DNA of 63,914 nt, the filler included, from Anaerolineae bacterium (GTDB taxonomy: Bacteria; Chloroflexota; Anaerolineae; Epilineales; Epilineaceae): NCBI GenBank assembly GCA_029262755.1. It is 7 parts of 7 records of this genome, joined end to end, with 100 filler letters (N's around TTAATTAATTAA, not from the genome) between each part and the next. Parts side by side here need not be neighbours in the genome. Positions count along the whole stretch, not along the records: positions 16,945 to 26,974 come from JAJCYU010000332.1; positions 27,075 to 34,410 come from JAJCYU010000334.1; 5 more parts are not named here. One strand, given 5' to 3'. This document shows, piece after piece, positions 19,427 to 28,251 of the stretch (within the stretch, counting starts at the first letter, position 1; each line of letters starts with the position of its first letter). The position numbers and the translations under genes were made by a program. The notes under the pieces were generated by a model that was not told the DNA's origin, searched no databases, and saw only the letters and a list, made by a program, of their open reading frames with translations.

Positions 19427-20281
19427 ATGCCGCTGCCCCCGGATCCCGTTGCGTTCACGATCCCGCTCATCGACCGCGAGGTCTTCTGGTACGGCCTGAT
19501 GGTCACGCTCGGCACGCTGGCCGGCGCCTGGATCGCCGATCGCGAGGCGCGGCGCCGTGGCCACAACCCGGACCACGTATGGAACGCGTTGATCGTGCTG
19601 ATGATCCTCGGCCTGCTCGGTGCACGGCTGTATCACGTGATCAGCCAGCCGGCCGGCGCCGATCCCAACCTGCGCAACGAATACTTCCAGGATCCGATCA
19701 AGATCATCGCCTTCTGGGACGGCGGGCTGCGCGGTCTCGGCATCTTCGGCGCGATCGTCGGCGGTCTGCTCGGCCTGTGGCTTTACACGAAGTGGCAGAA
19801 GCTCTCGTTCGCGGAGTGGTGCGATATCGCCGCCGTGGGCCTACCGCTTGGTCAAGCCATTGGTCGTTGGGGCAATTGGTTCAACCAGGAACTCTACGGT
19901 CAGCCGACCAAGCTGCCCTGGGGCACGCCGATCGAGTCGCTGTACCGGCTCCCGCAATACGCCGGCTTACCCGAAGAGACGCGTTTCCACCCAACGTTCT
20001 TGTACGAGTCACTCGGCAACCTCCTGCTGTTCTTCGTGCTGAGCTACATCGTGGTCAATTGGGGCCGGTTTCTGCGCAAGGGCGACATCGCGTTGCTGTA
20101 CTTGATCGGCTACCCGCTGGTGCGCTTCTTCGCCGAGATGCAAAGGCCGGATGCGTGGATTGCCGGCGGGACCGGGATCCCGACCGCCCAGCTGATCTCC
20201 CTGGTCATGATGGCCGCGGCCGCGCTTTGGATCTTGTGGCGCCACGGGTCGCTGCAACGCCTCGCGGGCGGCCGAGCCTAG
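19427..20281 (+). CDS. lgt: Prolipoprotein diacylglyceryl transferase
   Basis: WYGL, GARLYHV, GQAIGRWGNWFNQELYG and HPTFLYES motifs. Confidence 0.95.
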   Translation: MPLPPDPVAFTIPLIDREVFWYGLMVTLGTLAGAWIADREARRRGHNPDHVWNALIVLMILGLLGARLYHVISQPAGADPNLRNEYFQDPIKIIAFWDGGLRGLGIFGAIVGGLLGLWLYTKWQKLSFAEWCDIAAVGLPLGQAIGRWGNWFNQELYGQPTKLPWGTPIESLYRLPQYAGLPEETRFHPTFLYESLGNLLLFFVLSYIVVNWGRFLRKGDIALLYLIGYPLVRFFAEMQRPDAWIAGGTGIPTAQLISLVMMAAAALWILWRHGSLQRLAGGRA

Positions 20282-20322
20282 GTCGTGCCACGCCGCCTCC
20301 AGGGAGCGCGGTCCGCTAGGCG

Positions 20323-22302
20323 ATGAGCGCGGCGAGCGCGTTGGCCGCGGCGACGGTGCTCGTGGTGCTGTGGCTGCCGGGTGAAGCGCTGCTGCGTCTC
20401 CTACGCGCAGGCGGCCGCGGAATCGATCGCGCCGCGCTAGCCGTAGGCCTGGGCATCGCCGTGGTGCCGCTCGCGCTCGTGTACACCACGGCGCTCGGCG
20501 GCCATTGGACAGCGACCGGCGTGCGCACGACGTGGGCGCTGCTCGCGGTGCTCGTCCTCGCCGACGCGATCCGCACGTCGCGGCAGACTGCCTGGCCCGA
20601 GCCTCCGGGCGCGGACGATCCGTCGGCGCATAGAGATGACCCGACTGCCGCCGGCAACCGCAACGCCCCCTCCCGGCAATTCCCGCCCGATCCATGGTCC
20701 GTCGCGATCAGCGCGCTCGTGCTGCTCGCGATCGGGCTGCGCATCGTGCAGGCGGCGCCGCTGGTCGTGCCGGCCTGGGTCGACGGCTACCACCACAGCC
20801 TGATCACCGCGCTGGTCATGGCGCACGGATCGGTCCCGCCCGACTTCTCGCCCTACGTGGAGGGCGTGCCCTTTTACTACCACGTGGGATTCCACGCGAT
20901 CACGGCTGTCGTGGCGTGGCTGGCCCGTCTCGATGCGCCCGCAGCGGTGCTGGCTGGCGGCCAAACGCTAAGCGCGCTCGCCGCGCTGAGCGTGGCAGCG
21001 TTCACGCGCCGCACAACCGGCTCCAGCGCGGCCGCGGCGGTGGCGGCGGCGGTTCCGGTGGGCTGGCACTTCTTTCCGGCCTATTACGTGTCCTGGGCGC
21101 GTTATACGCAGCTCTGTGGGCTTGTCCTGTTGCCCGTGGCGTGGCTGACGCTCCACGCGGCGGTGACGGAGACGACACGTCCGTTGGTCATGCGCCGAAT
21201 CGCGCTTGCCGCGATCTCCGCCGGTGGGCTCGCGATCGTCCACTACCGGGTGCTCGTTTTCTTTGCGCTTGGCGCAGTCTTGCTGGGCCTCGACGGGCTC
21301 CGGCGACGTAAATCGCGCAGCTTGCTACGCCTCGGAGTCGTGGCCGGATGCGCGGCGCTGCTCGCCGCACCATGGCTGCTCGGCCCCTTCCGGGCAGGCG
21401 TGAACAACCTTGCCGCCAGTACGGCGCGCGTGGAATCGCCAACCGTAGACCGGTCGTGGTTCACCTGGGCCGGCGAGGTCGATGCGCTACCTCGTTGGCT
21501 CTTCGACATCGCGGGCAACGAGTGGCTGCTGCTGGCGGCCGGCTTCGGGCTCATCGTGGGGCTCATGCGCGGTCGCCGCGCGGCGGACGCGCTGGCGGCG
21601 TGGCTGCTCGGCGCCGTGGTCCTGGTGAATCCTGCGGCCATTGGGCTGCCCTCGAGCTGGCTGGTGCCGCGCTTTGCGCTCGCGATCTCCTTGTGGTTGC
21701 CCGTATCGATCGCAATCGGTTTGCTCGTGGACGGCCTCGCGCCGCTCTACCGGGTGATCGTTGGATCCCGTGGGCGGGCGCCGGCCGCCTGGCTCGCCGC
21801 AACGTTGCTAGTTGCGACCACAGCAGGGGCCGGCTGGACGCAGCGCCGCATCGCCAACGAGGAGACGGTCATCGCCACGCAGGCCGACGGCGAGGCCATG
21901 CGCTGGGTGCGAAGCGAAACACCGCCCGACGCCCGCTTCCTCATCACCACCGGCCCCTGGCACTTGGGAACGTGGCGCGGCATGGACGGCGGCTATTGGC
22001 TGCCGCTGTGGGCGGATCGCTGGACCAGCATGCCCCTTTCGTTTTACGCCTACGGTCCGCCGGAGCAGACCGCGGCCATTCACGCGGTCGCGAAGCAAGC
22101 TGCCCAGGGCGACGCCCTGTCCGATGAAGAACTCGACCAACTTCTCGATACGGTCGGGGCGGATTGGCTCTACATCGGACCCGCGAGCCTGGACGAGCCA
22201 GAGGCTTGGACCGCCCAACGCCTGCGCCGACATCCCGGCCTCGTGGAGCGCTATGCGCAAGACGGCGTACAAATTTTCGAGCGTAGCGTCGCTACGCGCT
22301 AG
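20323..22302 (+). CDS. Polytopic membrane protein, GT-C-like glycosyltransferase
   Basis: Many TM helices, WVDGYHH, FYYHVGFH, W-x-RY and DGGYWLP motifs. Confidence 0.65.
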   Translation: MSAASALAAATVLVVLWLPGEALLRLLRAGGRGIDRAALAVGLGIAVVPLALVYTTALGGHWTATGVRTTWALLAVLVLADAIRTSRQTAWPEPPGADDPSAHRDDPTAAGNRNAPSRQFPPDPWSVAISALVLLAIGLRIVQAAPLVVPAWVDGYHHSLITALVMAHGSVPPDFSPYVEGVPFYYHVGFHAITAVVAWLARLDAPAAVLAGGQTLSALAALSVAAFTRRTTGSSAAAAVAAAVPVGWHFFPAYYVSWARYTQLCGLVLLPVAWLTLHAAVTETTRPLVMRRIALAAISAGGLAIVHYRVLVFFALGAVLLGLDGLRRRKSRSLLRLGVVAGCAALLAAPWLLGPFRAGVNNLAASTARVESPTVDRSWFTWAGEVDALPRWLFDIAGNEWLLLAAGFGLIVGLMRGRRAADALAAWLLGAVVLVNPAAIGLPSSWLVPRFALAISLWLPVSIAIGLLVDGLAPLYRVIVGSRGRAPAAWLAATLLVATTAGAGWTQRRIANEETVIATQADGEAMRWVRSETPPDARFLITTGPWHLGTWRGMDGGYWLPLWADRWTSMPLSFYAYGPPEQTAAIHAVAKQAAQGDALSDEELDQLLDTVGADWLYIGPASLDEPEAWTAQRLRRHPGLVERYAQDGVQIFERSVATR

Positions 22303-22332
22303 GGCGCGCGAAGCTGTCCCCTATTCGCGTGA

Positions 22333-22387
22333 AACCCGCCTTGAACCCGCCTTGAGCCCGCGTCGCACCCGTGATGAAGCGGCGTTG
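22333..22387. repeat. Phased 11-bp direct repeats in an intergenic region
   Basis: AACCCGCCTTG, AACCCGCCTTG, AGCCCGCGTCG, CACCCGTGATG, AAGCGGCGTTG. Confidence 0.5.
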
Positions 22388-22638
22388 CAGCCCGCGCCAA
22401 AATTGGGACGTCCCGTTTGGCTGCCGGCTGACGTCATAGCCGCTGGATGGCCGTAGCGGAGGCAGGCACGCGCTGCTATGCTGAGACTATCGGCCGAGCG
22501 CCCAACCAGAATGCCGATGCGGTGTTATAGCTATCGACCGCACTATGCTCGGAACATGGCGTGGGCGGGTTGTTTGAAACGATAGCCGGCACCCGGCAGA
22601 CCGGCGCACCGTCCGCACGCAGGCCATAGGAGTGCACG

Positions 22639-24510
22639 ATGCGAACCCCCTCCCCCCGGACCGATGACGCTGCTACAGGCGTGGCGCGCGCAGCCACGTT
22701 CCTTCGCCGCGCAGCCTCGTGGCGCAGTTTGATCGCGGCCACGGCTCTTTGTGCGCTTGCACTCGGTCTGACCTCGGGATTGCAAGGCACCGAGCTTGGG
22801 TCGTACGTCGATGCGCGCGCCCATGCCCAGACTTCGCTGCGCAGTCCGTGCACGGTGACGCCCGACAAGTACGCCGATCCTACGGTCTTGGACGACCTCG
22901 GGGATCGAACGACGGTGACGCTGACCCTGACCGACACCTGTCCTGAAGAACGCGCCCCGGTCGATATCGTGCTCGTCTTCGACAAGTCCAACTCGATGAA
23001 CGAAATCGCCCGCAGCAACAACAAGACGAAGTTGGCAAACGCCAAGCTGGCGGCGATCGAGTTTGTCGACAATATGAACTTCAACCTGTCGAAGGTCGCG
23101 CTGGTTGCCTTCAACCACCAGGTGGGACTCCGCGTACCCCTGACCGACGACGGCGAGCGGGTCAAGGACCGGGTGCGGTCCATGCAGGGCGACGGCGAAA
23201 CGAACGTCACGGATGCCATCCGCCTGGCCACGTCCCATATGCTCAGCACCAGCGAAGAGGGCCGCAGCCGCGCGATGATCGTCCTGACCGACGGCATCCA
23301 CAACGCCACGCAGGAATCGCCGCTGGTGGCCGCCCGTGAGGCCAAGGCCGGTGGGCTGACCGTGATCACGATCTGCGCGGCCAGCCGCGAGCAATGCGAT
23401 CCGAGCCTGCAAGATGCGGCCAGCGCGCCGGATCTCTTCTTCTTGGTGGAGGATTCCGCCGCCCTTGTCGACCTATACCGCGCACTCGCCAACGAGCTGC
23501 AGCAGAACGCGATCGTTGCGCTCACGGTGCGCGACGTCGTGCCCGCCAACATGACCTACATCGCGGGCTCTGCCGTGCCCGCTACATCCGAGGTCTTGGC
23601 CGACACGCCCGATCCCGGTCAAACCACCTTGGTGTGGCAGCTGACCGGCAGCGTCCCCGACACGGGTCTCACCTACGTGCTCGAGCCCCAAGAGCGTGGC
23701 ACGCATCCGACCAACGTCGTTGCCACGGGCGACTTCGTCGATCGCAAGGGTTTGCCGGGCGACACGGTATTCCCGATCCCCGAAGTCTTCATCCCCGGCC
23801 CGAGCTGTCCACCGCAGCACCTCGAGGTCTACTACCTGATCGATGACAGCACCTGCCTCTTCGGCTCTACGTTGAACGGTATGCTTGCGCTGGAAGCGAT
23901 CGCCCAAGGCATCGAGAAGAACCTTGACGAGATGGATCTGGCCAACGGTGACCAGGTAGCCGTCATCGGCTTCGGCGATTCGGCCCGCGTGTACCAGGAG
24001 CTGACCAACAGCAAGGAAGCGATCCGGGCAGCCGTGCGACGCGTCGCGATGCTCGATCGCTCGGCCCGGCTCGACCTGGCCTTCAACGAGGTCCGGCGCG
24101 AGATCGCACGCGCAGACAGCAACCACGATCCGAGCCGGCAGCTGGTGACGGTCACGGTCACGGACGGCCCGATGATGGCCGCGCCCGATCGCGCTGTTCA
24201 CCGTGCAATTCAACTGCGCACGCAGGTCGAAGCCTTGCACTACACCATCGGGGTCGGTCCGATCGTGCAGCACCAGCTGCTGCGGCAGGTCGCCGAGCCG
24301 GGCGGCTACCGCGCGATGCCCTTGGGCGGCGATGTTATCGCGGCCTACGTCGACCTCGGAACAGTCTGGCTGCCCTACGGAATTTTGTGCCCGCAGCCAA
24401 CACCGAATGTGCCCGAGCCGACAGCCACCGAGACACCGCCCACCGTCGTAGAGCCCAAGCCGAACCAGATCCTGCTGCCGCTCATCTTGCGGACCCGCGC
24501 CCTGCGATGA
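22639..24510 (+). CDS. Exported double VWA-domain protein
   Basis: Signal-like N-terminus, DKSNS MIDAS, LTDG, DUF11-like segment, degenerate second VWA, Pro/Thr tail ending ILLPLILR. Confidence 0.85.
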   Translation: MRTPSPRTDDAATGVARAATFLRRAASWRSLIAATALCALALGLTSGLQGTELGSYVDARAHAQTSLRSPCTVTPDKYADPTVLDDLGDRTTVTLTLTDTCPEERAPVDIVLVFDKSNSMNEIARSNNKTKLANAKLAAIEFVDNMNFNLSKVALVAFNHQVGLRVPLTDDGERVKDRVRSMQGDGETNVTDAIRLATSHMLSTSEEGRSRAMIVLTDGIHNATQESPLVAAREAKAGGLTVITICAASREQCDPSLQDAASAPDLFFLVEDSAALVDLYRALANELQQNAIVALTVRDVVPANMTYIAGSAVPATSEVLADTPDPGQTTLVWQLTGSVPDTGLTYVLEPQERGTHPTNVVATGDFVDRKGLPGDTVFPIPEVFIPGPSCPPQHLEVYYLIDDSTCLFGSTLNGMLALEAIAQGIEKNLDEMDLANGDQVAVIGFGDSARVYQELTNSKEAIRAAVRRVAMLDRSARLDLAFNEVRREIARADSNHDPSRQLVTVTVTDGPMMAAPDRAVHRAIQLRTQVEALHYTIGVGPIVQHQLLRQVAEPGGYRAMPLGGDVIAAYVDLGTVWLPYGILCPQPTPNVPEPTATETPPTVVEPKPNQILLPLILRTRALR

Positions 24511-24688
24511 TCCGCTGAACGAGCACCTTCGCCACCGACTCGCCACGGGCCGCACCGGGAAACTCGAACTCCCGGTGCGGCCCGTGCGCTGTTGGCCGCT
24601 GTATTGGCTCGGCCGATCGTCACGTGCGCAAGACTTCCGTGCACCGACTCCGCTACGGGGGCCACGTCGCCTGAGCAAGATCGCCGGC

Positions 24689-26974
24689 ATGCTCGTTGGT
24701 GGGCTCGTTCTCTTCACGGCGCCGAACACGACATCGGGATCGAGCGCCCTGCCGGCCGAAGGGATCGACCAGGTGGCCGGTAGGCCGGCGATCGAGCGCG
24801 ACGCGAGTCCCGTAGCTTCGACGACGGCGCATTCCCGTCGAAGCGCCAACACCGCGCCCCACGTCGCCCAAAGCTCCGCCGCCCAGTCTTCGCCTGCGTT
24901 CAGCTACGGGCTGTCCGAAACCTGGGGCGATCGCCCGTGGGTGCCGGCCGCCGGCCGCTTCGGCGAGGTCAGCGACATCGCCTCCGCGCCGGACGGTACG
25001 ACCTGGGTTCTGGACGGCCGCGGCGGCGCCATCCACGTGCTCGATACCGCGGGCCGTCCGGTCCGCCTGCTCCCGCTCGCCACCTCGCCCGTCGCAGCGC
25101 CATGGCGCGCGCGCAAGCTCGACGTCGGTGCGGAGGGCCGTGTCGGCGTGCTGGCTACGCGCAGGGCGGACGATGGCCGCACGCACGCGCGCGTCGCCAT
25201 CTGGGCTGCCGGAGGCACGCGCATCATCGGCGGCTTCGAAGAGCCGCTGGCCTTTCGCGACCTGGCGCTGGCACGCGGCGGCCGCATCGTGCTTGTGCGC
25301 ACGCAACCGCGCGTCCTACCCACACCCAGCCGCGGACCGTCCGAGCGGCCCGCAGGCGGCTTAGACGTCTATGACGCGGTCGGACGGTTGCTGGCGTCGG
25401 TGGAGCGCCCTGCCTTGTACCTGCCCGTCGCCGTCGACGTCGCTGAGACTATCGACGGCGAGCGCTACTTCGTGGCCAACTGGCTGCCGAGCCCCGAAGG
25501 CATCCCGCCGCCCGGACCGGCGCCAACGCCACGACCATCGATGGCGGATAGCCTGCCCAGCCCACCGATCGGCGTGCGGCTATCGGCCGCGGAGATTTCG
25601 GCCTCGACCCAGTCCCTAAACCAGACCCTACCTTGGCAAGAACGCGCTGCCTCGGAAGAGGGGATTGTCGTGTTCGACGAAGCGTTGACCTTGCGCGCCT
25701 TCCATCCTTTCTACGCACCGGAGGATGTCGGCGCGGGCGCCTCCGGCGTGTTCGTCGGGCGAGCGAGCGAGCTTTGGCACGTGCGCGCGGATACCCGTGA
25801 CCCCAGCGCGGAACGGCCGATGCGCGAGGAGCCCGTAGCTCCGTTCTGGAGCTTGCCCCATGCGCAGATCAATATCCCGTCCTACGGTCCGCTGCTCAGC
25901 GTAGACGTCCCGGAGCACGCACCACGGCTGCGCGGTGCGTTGTTGGTCGGCGTGAACCACTGCCAGGCCCAGGGCACCGCGCGTTTCGATGCGGGGCACG
26001 TGGTGCGCCGGGCCCAGGCGATCGCGCGCGGCGAGAGCCCGGACGGCGCGCCCGAATGGGTGGGCGAAACGGACGCGCCGCCGCTGGCCGGCCCGTTCGC
26101 GCCGCTACGGCTGGCAGCCGACCACGACGGTGGCCTCAGCGTCTTGCAGGGGCGCTTCCGGCTGGATGATCCTGGCGCTCCAATGCTGCCGGTCACGGTC
26201 GGCCGCTGGGGGCTCGAACCGCAGTCGGTACAGCGTTGGGAAGCGGGCCGCCCGACCACGCAACGCGGCGTATGCGGCGACGATCCGAATTGGTTCGAGC
26301 GACGCCACGACGGTCGATCGGCGCTCGACGTGGCGGCGGACGGCGGCCGCGCGTTCGTCGCGGGCCCGGAGCTGGTCCGCGCGCGCCCCTTTGCCAGCGG
26401 GAAGCCGTGGCCGGATTGGACGTGGTGGGCCGGCAACGCGGACGACGATCCGCCGCCGTTGGACGCGGGATCGCCGCTCATCGGAGCCGTGGACGCGCGC
26501 GCGGGCCGCATCGCCGTCCTCGATCGTTCTGCGGGCCGAGTCACGCTGCTGGACGGAGACGGCGCGATCACGGCGCGGCTGCCGATTTCCGACGTACTGG
26601 GGGGCGGCATACCGGTTGATTTGGCGCTCGGCTCGGATCACGTCGTCGTCGCCGAATCGGGGGGACGCGTTCACGTGCTCGGTCCGGCCGGCTCCGTCGA
26701 ATACGAGTGGGACGCGCTCGACCGGATCCTGCGCATCGCCGTCGGCCCGGACGACGACGTGTACGTGCTTGGCGCCGGCGGATGGGTGGAACGAAGGCAC
26801 CCGAGCGGTGACCTGCGCGCACTCTGGCGCCTACCGGGCGATGGCCCGCCCGACGTGGCCGATATCGCCGTGCGACCAGACGGAGCGGTCGCGGTGTCCT
26901 TTGTATTCGCCGACCCTGACGACGCTGGCGGCCCAGACGGCAGCGAATCATCCCTCCCGCCCGATAGCTGGCGC
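24689..26974 (+). CDS. Exported beta-propeller-like hypothetical protein (3'-truncated; start uncertain)
   Basis: Long ORF with degenerate NHL-like DIAxxPDG repeats and an N-terminal hydrophobic segment. Confidence 0.6.
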
Positions 26975-27074
26975 NNNNNNNNNNNNNNNNNNNNNNNNNN
27001 NNNNNNNNNNNNNNNNNNTTAATTAATTAANNNNNNNNNNNNNNNNNNNNNNNNNNNNNNNNNNNNNNNNNNNN

Positions 27075-27794
27075 CTGCGCTTTCCCGTGCCCGTGGTTGA
27101 GGTCGTGGACCTTGACCCCACGGCGACACCGACGCTGACACCGGTGCCTACGTCGACGCCTATTCCGCGCCCGGTGTACCTGCCCATCGTGGTTCGCCAG
27201 AGTTGCAGCAGCGAGGACATCGGCACGGACGTCGTGATCGTGATGGACAACTCGGGCAGCATGGCGGAACCGGTGCGCGATGGTGGTCCGAGCCAGCTCG
27301 AGGCGGCGGTGGACGCGGCCCAGCTGCTCGTGGACCGTATGCGCAGCGCGGACCGCGCCTCCATCGTGGCCTTCAATGCGGAGGCACGCCTAGTCCAGGG
27401 TTTGACGGGCGACACCCAGTTACTGCGCGACGGGCTTGCCGGCCTGCAAACGGAAGCGGGAACACGAATCGATCTCGGCCTCGATGTCGCCTTTGCGGAA
27501 CTGACAGGCGAGCGTGCAATTGAAGGCAACACGCGCGCTGTTGTGCTGTTGACCGACGGCCGAAGTAGCGTGGAAGACGAGGCGGTCTTGGCGTCCGCCG
27601 CGGCCGTACGTGAGGTACCGGCGCGCATGTTCGTTATCGGGCTAGGCACGCCCGATAACTTGGACGTCGAGCTGCTCAAACAAGTGGCCGGGCGCGATGC
27701 AGACTTCTTCGCGGCTCCGGACCCGGCGGAGCTCGCGACGATCTACACCAGCATCGCCAAGACGATCGAGTGCGCCAACCTCAACTGGCCCTAG
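27075..27794 (+). CDS. VWA-domain protein, C-terminal part (5'-truncated)
   Basis: PT linker, VYLPIVVR, DNSGS MIDAS, GTRIDLG, LLTDG. Confidence 0.85.
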   Translation: MRFPVPVVEVVDLDPTATPTLTPVPTSTPIPRPVYLPIVVRQSCSSEDIGTDVVIVMDNSGSMAEPVRDGGPSQLEAAVDAAQLLVDRMRSADRASIVAFNAEARLVQGLTGDTQLLRDGLAGLQTEAGTRIDLGLDVAFAELTGERAIEGNTRAVVLLTDGRSSVEDEAVLASAAAVREVPARMFVIGLGTPDNLDVELLKQVAGRDADFFAAPDPAELATIYTSIAKTIECANLNWP

Positions 27795-27893
27795 TACTCG
27801 GTCGCATTGAATGTTCAGTGCGACCGAGTGCTAGCGGCCAACGGCTGGGGCTAGGACGATACGCCCCTGGTGGGTGCGCGGTCGTGGCAATCG

Positions 27894-27922
27894 TTGACCG
27901 GCTCCCGGCGGCGTCCTATCAT
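27894..27922 (+). promoter_or_regulatory. Sigma70-type promoter for the tRNA cluster
   Basis: TTGACC-N17-TATCAT, 10 nt before tRNA-Pro. Confidence 0.7.
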
Positions 27923-27932
27923 CGCCCGACGG

Positions 27933-28008
<76 letters not shown>

Positions 28009-28083
28009 ACCGTGGCCGTGAACCGAAATCGGCTGCGAGGCAACACCGGACACGCAGCACGTTCGGACATGATGTGCAGTGCT

Positions 28084-28158
<75 letters not shown>

Positions 28159-28161
28159 TGC

Positions 28162-28234
28162 GGGCCCATAGCTCAGCGGTTAGAGCAGCCGGCTCATAAC
28201 CGGTAGGTCCCAGGTTCAAATCCTGGTGGGCCCA
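28162..28234 (+). tRNA. tRNA-CAT, probably Ile2 (lysidine) rather than Met
   Basis: GGGCCCA acceptor, CTCATAA loop, no initiator GGG/CCC anticodon stem. Confidence 0.85.
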
Positions 28235-28251
28235 CTTTGCGTTCGTGCGTC

